This document shows, one piece after another, positions 14,768 through 22,659 of a DNA stretch of 64,000 nt. The notes beneath the pieces are model-generated. The model saw only the letters and a list, made by a program, of their open reading frames with translations. It was not told the origin of the DNA and ran no database searches. The translations under genes and the position numbers were made by a program. Origin of the DNA: Candidatus Poriferisodalis sp. (GTDB lineage Bacteria; Actinomycetota; Acidimicrobiia; Acidimicrobiales; Poriferisodalaceae); contig NZ_OZ242363.1 of NCBI RefSeq assembly GCF_965208895.1, forward strand, positions 1,307,105 through 1,371,104. Reading direction: 5' to 3'. The number at the start of each line of letters is the position of its first letter. Positions within the stretch are counted from its first letter, which is position 1.

Positions 14768-14857
14768 AAACCGCAGGTCAGAGGCTTGATGCGAACACTT
14801 GTAGGTACCCCTCAAGGAACCCGAATAGTGCAGGAATAGAGCAGGAATGGTGCGGGG
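14768..14857 (+). repeat. ~80-nt intergenic repeat, unit C
   Basis: aaaccgcaggtcagaggcttgatgcgaacacttgtaggtacccctcaaggaacccgaatagtgcaggaatagagcaggaatggtgcggggg. Confidence 0.8.
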
Positions 14858-14913
14858 GCGCAGCGGGGCGGACTGAACGGCCCCGCGACGCCGCCCCCGG
14901 CCGCCGTGGCAGG

Positions 14914-15843
14914 ATGGCGCCCATGACCGATGCCACCGATTCCGACGCTGCTCCGAGCACGACTGGCTCGCAGGCCGTGACGGCCCACTCTGCGCGCACC
15001 AAGCCGGGCGTGCTCGGCGTGCTAATAGCGCTGGCAGGGCTGGTGGTGGTGGCAGCGGGCATCGTGGGCGTGGCCGTCGTGGCGTGGCCGTTCGTGTTCC
15101 TGCTGCCTGTCGGAGCGATTTTCTTCGTCGGGGCTCTGCCGGGCCAATACCTCGTGCAGCCCAACGAGGCGCTCGTGCTCATTCTGTTCGGCCGGTACCG
15201 GGGCACCGTCGAGCGGCCCGGCTGGCATCTGGCCAATCCCTTCACCCGCATGGAGTCGCGCAAGATCTCCCTGCGGGTACACAACTTCACGACCAGCGTG
15301 TCCAAGGTGAACGACGCCGAGGGGAACCCCATCGAGATCTCTGCGGTGGTCGTGTGGCGAGTGGTGGACACCGCCGCTGCAGTGTTCGAGGTCGACGACT
15401 TCGAGGACTTCGTCTTCGTCCAGAGCGAGACCGCCATTCGCCATCTCGGAACGCAGTACCCCTACGACGACTTCGAAGGCGACCGGGTGTCGCTGCGTTC
15501 GGACCCCGACATCGTCGGCGCCACGCTCCACGAAGAGGTGCAGGAACGCCTCGAACGGGCCGGGGTCGAAGTCATCGAGACCAGGCTCAACCACTTGGCG
15601 TACGCCACCGAGATCGCCGAGGCCATGCTGCGCCGCCAGCAGGCTGCCGCAGTGGTTGCTGCGAGACGCACGATCGTGGAAGGGGCCGTCGGCATGGTGG
15701 AGGATGCGCTGGAGCTGCTTGCGCAGCGCTCGGTGGTCGAACTTGACGAGCAGGCCAAAGCAGCCATGGTGGCCAACCTGCTGGTCGTGCTCACCAGCGA
15801 ACAGCAGACCACCCCGGTCGTCAACACCGGCGCCTCGGCCTAA
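14914..15843 (+). CDS. SPFH/Band-7 (stomatin/prohibitin-like) membrane protein
   Basis: An N-terminal TM segment is followed by ..VQPNEALVLILFGRYRGTVERPGWH.. and a typical SPFH core. Confidence 0.75.
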   Translation: MAPMTDATDSDAAPSTTGSQAVTAHSARTKPGVLGVLIALAGLVVVAAGIVGVAVVAWPFVFLLPVGAIFFVGALPGQYLVQPNEALVLILFGRYRGTVERPGWHLANPFTRMESRKISLRVHNFTTSVSKVNDAEGNPIEISAVVVWRVVDTAAAVFEVDDFEDFVFVQSETAIRHLGTQYPYDDFEGDRVSLRSDPDIVGATLHEEVQERLERAGVEVIETRLNHLAYATEIAEAMLRRQQAAAVVAARRTIVEGAVGMVEDALELLAQRSVVELDEQAKAAMVANLLVVLTSEQQTTPVVNTGASA

Positions 15844-15878
15844 CGCGCCGACACAGCGTTCGCTCCCCTTTCGCCCGG

Positions 15879-16796
15879 CTAGGCGTGCTCGCGGAGGCTG
15901 GCGCGGTCGAGGTGATGATCCTCGGTGCAGTCGGCTTCTGAGGTCTCGAGCTGCAGCGTCACATGCGAGATGCCATGCCGATCCTTCGCGACCTGTCGCA
16001 ACTCGGCGAGGACGGCTCCGTGGTCGGCACCGTGGTCGGGGTCGGTGAGCACGTGAGCGCTCATGGAGACGTAGCCCGAGGTGACGGCCCACACGTGGAT
16101 GTCATGCATCACCGTGACGCCGGGCACATCTTCCATGTCGGCACACAACTCGTCGAGATCCACGTCGGAGGGCACACCGTCGATCAGCACTTCGAAGACC
16201 GACGTCACCAACTTCCACGAACTCAGCACGACGAGCGCTGCGATCAGCAGGCTCAACCCAGGGTCGACCCACCACCAGCCGAAGATGAGGATCGCCGCGG
16301 CAGAGATCATCACAGCCACCGACACCATCAGGTCGGCGAGGACGTGCCGGAACGCCGCCTCCACATTCAGGTTGCCGGGTGAGGAACCGTGCAGCAGGTA
16401 CGCCGCTGCGATGTTCACCGCCAGGCCGGTGCCGCCGACCGCCAGCACCCAACCGCCGGCAACCTCAACCGGATCGCCGCCGAAACCGTCGATGAAGCGT
16501 CCGATGGCGGCCCAGCCGATCCACGCTGCAATCACCCACAACATGAGGGCATTGGCGGCCGCTGCGAGCACCTCGGTTCTCTCAAGACCGAACGTGCGCT
16601 TCATGGAGGCGGGGCGTTGCGCAGCCCACGTGGCCAGCAGGGCCAGACCGATGGCGGCTGAGTCGGTGAATGCGTGACCGGCGTCGGCCAGCAGGGCCAG
16701 GCTTCCAGAGAAGACGGCGCCGACCACCTCGGCCGCAACAATGACGACGGTCAGCGCAAGCGCAGCCTTGAGCCGTCGACGGGACACTTCCCGCAA
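15879..16796 (-). CDS. Cation diffusion facilitator (CzcD/ZitB-like) metal exporter
   Basis: ..SGSLALLADAGHAFTDS.. is the CDF signature. The ORF has six TM-like segments and a C-terminal cytoplasmic domain. Confidence 0.8.
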   Translation of the reverse strand: MREVSRRRLKAALALTVVIVAAEVVGAVFSGSLALLADAGHAFTDSAAIGLALLATWAAQRPASMKRTFGLERTEVLAAAANALMLWVIAAWIGWAAIGRFIDGFGGDPVEVAGGWVLAVGGTGLAVNIAAAYLLHGSSPGNLNVEAAFRHVLADLMVSVAVMISAAAILIFGWWWVDPGLSLLIAALVVLSSWKLVTSVFEVLIDGVPSDVDLDELCADMEDVPGVTVMHDIHVWAVTSGYVSMSAHVLTDPDHGADHGAVLAELRQVAKDRHGISHVTLQLETSEADCTEDHHLDRASLREHA

Positions 16797-16895
16797 GTCG
16801 TGGTGATGCTGGTGTGCGATGCGATTCAGCCTATGACAGGCACTCCGAATCTCTTGGCACGCCCCGAGTCAGCCCGCCGGCCTCAGCGACCGGCC

Positions 16896-17420
16896 TCAGC
16901 GAGCAGCTTCGCAGTCGGCGCAGCGACCGAAAAGGTCCAGGTTGTGGTGCAGCGGCACGAATCCTGCCTCGCTCGCAGCTGCAGCGAGCGAGGCGTCGAT
17001 GCGCGCCTCAGTCTCGCTGTCGAGTTCGACGTCGGTGATCGCACCGCACGCCACACAGATCAGGTGATGGTGATGGCCGAGCAGCGATTCCGCCAGCTCG
17101 AAGTAGGCGCGCTCGCCTCCTGTCTCGAGGCGTTGCACCACTCCGCATCGTTCCAGCGCCTCCAGATTCCGATAGGCCGTGCTGCGGGCGAGATCGGGGG
17201 CCATTGACTCGATGTCCGGCAGCCTGACCGGCCTGGCCGCACGGGCGAGCGCCTCGACGAGTCGGCGGCGGCCACTCGTGTAGCGCTGCTCGGCCTCGCT
17301 CAGGCGGCCTGCGACGGCTTCGTGAAGTTCGCCCAGATTCCTCGACCAGGTGCGCGGGGTGCTGCTGACGTGCGCTTCGCCGCCAGCGTCGGGCGTCGCA
17401 CGCGCCGCCACGCCCGTCAC
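16896..17420 (-). CDS. Fur-family metalloregulator, Zur-like by context
   Basis: ..STAYRNLEALERCGVV.. forms the wHTH. ..HHHHLICVACG.. and ..GRCADC.. are the metal sites. GTG 17420 overlaps the upstream ABC ATPase stop as GTGA. The longer track ORF is a spurious extension. Confidence 0.7.
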   Translation of the reverse strand: MTGVAARATPDAGGEAHVSSTPRTWSRNLGELHEAVAGRLSEAEQRYTSGRRRLVEALARAARPVRLPDIESMAPDLARSTAYRNLEALERCGVVQRLETGGERAYFELAESLLGHHHHLICVACGAITDVELDSETEARIDASLAAAASEAGFVPLHHNLDLFGRCADCEAAR

Positions 17421-18247
17421 GGCCGTGCTCTCGGCCCGAGCGTCCACACCGACTCTCCGGCGATGTGACTGGAGCGGCCGAATTCGGCATCGTGCGTGTG
17501 CCCTGGCTCTTCGAGGACCAAGAGCGATGACGTCGTGTCGCCCTCGCCGACTTCCAGGCGCGTGAGTGCGTTGGCCCCGAACGCTGCGGCCATGTTCTCT
17601 TCGTTGAGCACCTCCGCAGGCGTGCCGTCCGCCAGAACAGCGCCCTTCAGCAGCACGATCCGCTCGCATAGGCGCGCTTCGCTGAGATGGTGCGTCGACA
17701 GCACGACCAGCTTGTTGCGCATCCGCTCGGCATCGACCACTTCGAGCACGATGTCCTGGCTCGGGATGTCGAGGCCCGTGATGGGCTCATCGAGCAGCAA
17801 GCAGTCGGCCTGTGAGGAAAGTGCAGAAGCGATGAGGACCCGTTGGCGCTGCCCGCCCGACAGGTGGCCGAAGGACCGCCGCCGCAGGTCTGCCACCTGC
17901 AGCCTTTCGGCTGCGACGTCCATCGCGTCCCGGTCGGCCTTCCGCATGCGACCCAGCAGGCCGCGCTCTCTGAAGCGCCCGATCATCAGCACTTCGCTCA
18001 CCGTCATCGGCATGAATGCGTGCGGGTGGTGGTGCTGGCTGACGTAGCCGACGGTGATCTCGTAGTCCTTGCGAACACTCCCCGTCGTCGGCGTGAGCAA
18101 TCCGGCAAGCACTCGGAGCAGCGTCGTCTTGCCCGAACCGTTCGAGCCCATGAGAGCCACCGCGGCGCCCGAATCGAGTCTCATCTTCTCGACGGTGAGA
18201 GCTTGTCGATTGCCGAAGGACACCTTGACGTCATCGAGTGTGAACAC
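17417..18247 (-). CDS. Metal (Zn/Mn) ABC transporter ATP-binding protein, ZnuC-like
   Basis: Walker A is GSNGSGKTT, the signature is LSGGQRQR and Walker B is LLLDEP. It is divergent from the SBP and permease genes. Confidence 0.8.
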   Translation of the reverse strand: MFTLDDVKVSFGNRQALTVEKMRLDSGAAVALMGSNGSGKTTLLRVLAGLLTPTTGSVRKDYEITVGYVSQHHHPHAFMPMTVSEVLMIGRFRERGLLGRMRKADRDAMDVAAERLQVADLRRRSFGHLSGGQRQRVLIASALSSQADCLLLDEPITGLDIPSQDIVLEVVDAERMRNKLVVLSTHHLSEARLCERIVLLKGAVLADGTPAEVLNEENMAAAFGANALTRLEVGEGDTTSSLLVLEEPGHTHDAEFGRSSHIAGESVWTLGPRARP

Positions 18248-18287
18248 GTCAGCGCTGTCTTTCTCGGCTCAGGTGGGCCTTGGATTG

Positions 18288-18310
18288 ATAATGGGAATGA
18301 GTCTCACTAT
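18288..18310. promoter_or_regulatory. Candidate Zur/Fur box in the divergent znuC-like / znuA-like promoter region
   Basis: This is an AT-rich imperfect dyad, ATAATGGGA-atgag-TCTCACTAT (half-sites match 7/9), sitting in otherwise GC-rich DNA. Confidence 0.45.
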
Positions 18311-18350
18311 AGTTCTCGCCGTGCGCGTACCCGAACACGACTCCATCAGT

Positions 18351-19448
18351 GTGCCCCCCCTCGACCCCCGTTGCCGCCGTCGGCTCGCGACCCGACGATC
18401 CGGCCGGATCCTGGCGGCAGCCGCCGCATGTGCGTTGATCGCAGCTGCATGTACGGGTGGCGACGACTCATCAGATGCGGCCGCAGATTCGGACGCTCCC
18501 ACCATCGTCGCAACGACGAACATCTGGGCCGATGTCGTCGAGAACGTCACGTGCAACGGCTTGGTGCATGTCAAGTCCCTCATGCCGCCCGGAGCCGATC
18601 CGCACACGTTCGAGCCCTCGCTGCGCGACAGAGCAGACATGGCGAACGCAAGTCTCGTCGTCGCCAATGGCCTGGGTCTTGAGGAGTCGCTCGAGGACAC
18701 CCTCGATGCTGTGGCGGCGGACGGGACACCGGTGTTTTTCATCGGCGACCATCTCGACCCGATAGTCGTCGGCGAATCCGGCTCGGGCGACGGCCACGAC
18801 GAAGACGATCACGACGAGTCAGACCACGACGACGACGGCCACGACAACGACGATCACGACGAGTCAGACCACGACGACGACGGCGAGCACGGCCACGATC
18901 ACGCCGGCGGTGCCGATCCGCACATCTGGTTCGACCCGGTTCGAATCTCAGGCACCCTCGATGAACTCGCCCATGAGATCGCCGAGACGACCGGTCTCAG
19001 CGAGTCGGAAATCGAAGCCTGCGCCTCCAAATACCGTGAGGCGCTCGACGACGCACACCACGAGACACAGGACATCGTGGCCGATCTCGAGCCCAGCCAC
19101 CGGGTGCTCGTCACCAACCACGATGCGCTCGGCTACTTCGCAGACCGCTACGGCTTCCGCGTCGTCGGCTCCGTGATCCCGGCCGCGACGACGGCTGCGG
19201 AAGCCAGCATCGCTCATCTCGAAGCGCTCGCCGAGATCATCGAGCACGAGGGCGTCGCCGCGATCTTCAGCGAGACAACCCACTCCACCGAGACCGCAGA
19301 GCAGTTGGCCGCCGAGATCGGCGATGTCCAGGTTGTCAGCCTGGATACCGGAAGCCTCGGGCCGGCCGGCAGCCCCAGTGACACCTACATCGGGTTGCTG
19401 ACCAGCAATACCGCAGCCATCGTCGCAGCCCTTCAATCGGACGGCTGA
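18351..19448 (+). CDS. Metal ABC substrate-binding lipoprotein, ZnuA-like, with a His/Asp-rich loop
   Basis: The lipobox reads ..ALIAAAC... ..PPGADPHTFEP.. and ..GGADPHIWFDP.. match the family. The loop reads HDEDDHDESDHDDDGHDNDDHDESDHDDDGEHGHDH. The start is uncertain (GTG 18351 or 18321); the track ORF start at 18069 is antisense to znuC. Confidence 0.8.
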   Translation: MPPLDPRCRRRLATRRSGRILAAAAACALIAAACTGGDDSSDAAADSDAPTIVATTNIWADVVENVTCNGLVHVKSLMPPGADPHTFEPSLRDRADMANASLVVANGLGLEESLEDTLDAVAADGTPVFFIGDHLDPIVVGESGSGDGHDEDDHDESDHDDDGHDNDDHDESDHDDDGEHGHDHAGGADPHIWFDPVRISGTLDELAHEIAETTGLSESEIEACASKYREALDDAHHETQDIVADLEPSHRVLVTNHDALGYFADRYGFRVVGSVIPAATTAAEASIAHLEALAEIIEHEGVAAIFSETTHSTETAEQLAAEIGDVQVVSLDTGSLGPAGSPSDTYIGLLTSNTAAIVAALQSDG

Positions 19449-19562
19449 ACACCTCGCCGTCATTGACACACACCCGGCATCTCAGCGTCCGGGTGACCCA
19501 CGAGCGAATACGGTTCCGGGCGGGTGCGCACCGCGCCACGAGGCGCGGTTTCAAGGAGCGAT

Positions 19563-20471
19563 GTGGAATTCCTGACCGATCCGTCCGGGTGGTGGGTCGA
19601 GCCGTTTGTTGACAACGTCTTCATGCGCCGGGCGCTGTGGGCGGCGCTGCTCGCAGTGCTCACGACCTCGGTGGTCGGGACGTGGGTAGTGCTGCGAGGG
19701 CTGACGTTCCTCGGCGACGCCTTCGCCCACGGCGTGCTGCCAGGCATCGCGTTCGCGTACATCATCGGCTTCAGCACGACGCTCGGGGCGCTGGCCGCAG
19801 CTCTGCTGATGGTGGCCGGCGTCCATCTGATACGCAACTTCTCGCCGCTGTCGGAGGAAACCTCGATCGGTGTGCTGTTTGTGGGGTTCCTGGCGCTGGC
19901 GGTCGTGATCATGTCGAGCGGCGCAGGGGCCTACTCCGGCGACCTCACCCGCTTTCTGTTCGGCTCGATCACCGGCATAGACAGCGGCGACCTCCGGCGC
20001 CAAGCCATCGCCGCCGCTGTCTCGGTGGGATGCACCGTCCTCCTGCACCGGGCCCTATTTGTCGCAACGTTCGACGAGGCCCAGGCGCAGCTCGCGGGGA
20101 TGCGGCCGAAACTGGCCCACGCGGCACTGCTGGCCCTGCTGGCCATCGCCATCGTGTCGTCATTCGAAGCTGTGGGCAGCCTGCTCGTGTTCGCCTTCCT
20201 CGTGGCCCCGGCGGCAACGGCAAGCCTGCTGGTGCGCAGAGTGCCGCGCATCATGATGACCGCAGTCGTGCTCGGTGCGATCGCCGCGCTGGTTGGGTTG
20301 CTCGTCAGCTACCACCACGACACGGCCGCCGGTGCCACGATGGCGCTTGCGACAGTGATCATGCTGTTGGTGACGCTGGCAGTGACCGGAGTGGTCAGGG
20401 CATTGCGTCGTCCTCCGCCCGATCAGCAAGACGCTGCGGCGGACGAGCCTGCGCCCCACCACTCGCACTGA
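19563..20471 (+). CDS. Metal ABC transporter permease, ZnuB-like
   Basis: ..FMRRALWAALLAVLTTSVVGTWVVLRGLTFLGDAFAHGVLPG.. is typical of ABC-3 permeases. The start could be 19524 or 19563. Confidence 0.8.
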   Translation: MEFLTDPSGWWVEPFVDNVFMRRALWAALLAVLTTSVVGTWVVLRGLTFLGDAFAHGVLPGIAFAYIIGFSTTLGALAAALLMVAGVHLIRNFSPLSEETSIGVLFVGFLALAVVIMSSGAGAYSGDLTRFLFGSITGIDSGDLRRQAIAAAVSVGCTVLLHRALFVATFDEAQAQLAGMRPKLAHAALLALLAIAIVSSFEAVGSLLVFAFLVAPAATASLLVRRVPRIMMTAVVLGAIAALVGLLVSYHHDTAAGATMALATVIMLLVTLAVTGVVRALRRPPPDQQDAAADEPAPHHSH

Positions 20472-20490
20472 AGGGTGAGCCAGGCGGGCG

Positions 20491-21375
20491 CTAGTCCTCG
20501 CCGTCGGTGAAGCTCGTGAAGATCGTCGGGTTCTCGAGGTCCGCCAGCTGCTGGTTGCGGTGGTTGACCTCAGCGAGCAGCTCGGGATGGGACAGCACCC
20601 AAAAGCGCCGCTCGTACATCGCCTCGATCACCTTCGCGGCGACCTGCGATGGATCCATGCCGCGCTCCAGCGCCGCAGCGATGTTGGCGTTGCGGCGGCG
20701 CGCATCCGCTGTCTCCGACGGTGCCTCGCCCTCGGGGCGCGGCCGACGTTGACGACGCAGCTCTTCTGGACGGTTCCGTTGCGCGGTCGCGATGTTGGTT
20801 CGCACCACCCCAGGGCACAGCACCGACACACCCACATCGGCGTTGCGGTCACGCTGCATCTCGAGGTGCAGCGTCTCCATGATCGCCACCACGCCGTACT
20901 TGGCGGCGTTGTACGGGCCGAGCCCCGGCACCGACATGAGCCCCGCCACCGAGGCAGTGCTCATGATGTGGGATTCCTCCGCCTCGATGAGATGGGGCAG
21001 GAAATGGTGGACGCCGTGGATCACGCCCCACAGGCAGACATCGACCACCCACTGCCAGTCGACGAGCTGCTGGTTTCGGATCAGCCCTCCCCCGCCGACG
21101 CCGGCGTTGTTGCACACCATGTGCACGGCGCCGAAGCGGTCAATGGTGGCTTGCGCCAGTGCGCCGACCGAGTCGGCATCGGTCACGTCGGTGATGACGC
21201 CCAGCGCTTCGACGCCCCGGTCGGCAACCTCGGCCTCGGCGGCACGCAACGGCGCCTCCTCGATATCGGCCAGCACCACATTGGCGCCCTCACCGGCAAA
21301 CCCCAGTGCCAGGGCTTTGCCGATTCCCGAAGCCGCCCCGGTCACCACCGCGACGCGTCCCGTCATCGTCTCCAT
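20491..21375 (-). CDS. Short-chain dehydrogenase/reductase (SDR)
   Basis: TGAASGIGKA (the TGxxxGxG motif), NNAG and the YNAAK catalytic motif are all present. Confidence 0.8.
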   Translation of the reverse strand: METMTGRVAVVTGAASGIGKALALGFAGEGANVVLADIEEAPLRAAEAEVADRGVEALGVITDVTDADSVGALAQATIDRFGAVHMVCNNAGVGGGGLIRNQQLVDWQWVVDVCLWGVIHGVHHFLPHLIEAEESHIMSTASVAGLMSVPGLGPYNAAKYGVVAIMETLHLEMQRDRNADVGVSVLCPGVVRTNIATAQRNRPEELRRQRRPRPEGEAPSETADARRRNANIAAALERGMDPSQVAAKVIEAMYERRFWVLSHPELLAEVNHRNQQLADLENPTIFTSFTDGED

Positions 21376-21412
21376 GTCTGTCCCCCTTTTGCGATGTCTG
21401 CTGAGCCCGGCG

Positions 21413-22549
21413 TCAAGCGTTGAGCTGCTCGAAGCGCTCCATGACGTCGAGATACTCGCTGATCATCTCTTCGACGACCCGCGTGGCCGAGATCGACTCG
21501 TTGAGCTGCCCGACCACCTGGCCCACGAAGTAGTTGGCCAGCTCGACCGCACCCGTGTTGGACGGGTTCATGGCGGCCCGATCGATGCGGCGGCTGGCCG
21601 CGCCGATCAGCATCGGCTGCAGCGGCATCGGCAGCGTTCCCGGCGAGTTCTCGCCCTCCCACTCGTCGGTCCATGCTGAGCGGAGCTGACGTGCTGGCTT
21701 GCCGGTGCGAGACCGTGACCTCAGAGTGTCCGACGAACCGGCCGCCAGGAATTTCTCCTTCACGACCGGGTGCGTCTCGGCTTCCTGGGTGGTGAGCCAC
21801 ACCGAACCGCACCACACGCCCTGCGCGCCCAGTGCCAGCGCGGCTGCGACCTGGCGGCCGTTGCCGATGCCGCCCGCGGCGAGCACAGGCACCGGCGCGA
21901 TGGCATCCACCACTTCGGGCACCAGCACCATCGAGGCGATGTCGCCGGTATGGCCGCCGGCCTCGTGGCCCTGAGCGATCACGATGTCGACGCCGACGGC
22001 AACATGGCGCTCGGCGTGCACCTTCTTGCCCGCCAGCGCTCCCACCAGCACGTCGTTGTCGTGCGCCCGTTTGATCATGTCGGGCGGCGGCGGGCCGAGC
22101 GCGTTCACGGCCAACCGGATCGGGTAAGAGAACGCCACGTCCATCAACGGCACTGCCTGCGCGTAGGTCATGGGCGGCTCGGAGTCGCCGGCGATTGCGC
22201 CGGGCTTGTCTTCAGCCGGCAGCGGCGGCACGTCGTAGCGCTCCATCATGTCGTCGAGGAACTCACGGTGCTGTGGCGGGATCATCGCCTTGAGGTCCTT
22301 GACCGACAGCTCGCCCTCGGTCTTGCCCTCGTATTTGGCGGGCACGATGATGTCCACGCCGAAGGGCCGGCCGCCCACCTCGTCGGTGATCCAGCCCATG
22401 TCGATGTCGAGCTGTTCTGGCGTGTGACCCGCTGCGCCGAGCACGCCGAAGCCGCCCGCCTTGGTCACAGCCGCCACTACGTCCCGGCAATGTGTGAAGG
22501 CGACGATCGGAACGTCGCAGCCGAGCATCTCGCACACAGGAGTCTTCAT
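21413..22549 (-). CDS. Nitronate monooxygenase / NAD(P)H-dependent flavin oxidoreductase family
   Basis: ..PIVAFTHCRDVVAAVTKAGGFGVLG.. and ..AAGGIGNGRQVAAALALGAQGVWCGS.. match the family. Confidence 0.7.
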   Translation of the reverse strand: MKTPVCEMLGCDVPIVAFTHCRDVVAAVTKAGGFGVLGAAGHTPEQLDIDMGWITDEVGGRPFGVDIIVPAKYEGKTEGELSVKDLKAMIPPQHREFLDDMMERYDVPPLPAEDKPGAIAGDSEPPMTYAQAVPLMDVAFSYPIRLAVNALGPPPPDMIKRAHDNDVLVGALAGKKVHAERHVAVGVDIVIAQGHEAGGHTGDIASMVLVPEVVDAIAPVPVLAAGGIGNGRQVAAALALGAQGVWCGSVWLTTQEAETHPVVKEKFLAAGSSDTLRSRSRTGKPARQLRSAWTDEWEGENSPGTLPMPLQPMLIGAASRRIDRAAMNPSNTGAVELANYFVGQVVGQLNESISATRVVEEMISEYLDVMERFEQLNA

Positions 22550-22659
22550 GCCCCGAAACTACCGGCGCACGGCCACCCGCCGCAGCGCCGCCGCAATGAC
22601 CACCGCTTCTGGCAGGACCCGTAGCCCGAGCGGAACCTCAACGCAGCCGCTTGCACGGT

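Noticed and set aside
13768-14857. Possible CRISPR array (repeat-spacer-like layout of the ~80-nt units)
   Set aside because: The repeats are too long and too diverged from each other. The 'spacers' are only ~20-25 nt. There are only 3 units and no cas genes. One 'spacer' is a whole PRT gene.
16896-17669. N-terminal extensions of several track ORFs (16896-17669, 55372-56820, 56199-57302, 38528-39952, 30881-32062, 18069-19448, 43033-44373, 3322-5154)
   Set aside because: The extensions overlap the preceding gene in another frame and translate to R/P-rich junk. Internal ATG/GTG starts give 4-nt overlaps or sensible N-termini, so the starts were trimmed.
18925-18945. ggttcgaatc, a tRNA T-arm-like string
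   Set aside because: It lies inside the well-supported ZnuA-like coding frame (..IWFDPVRISG..). No acceptor or anticodon stems can be drawn around it.
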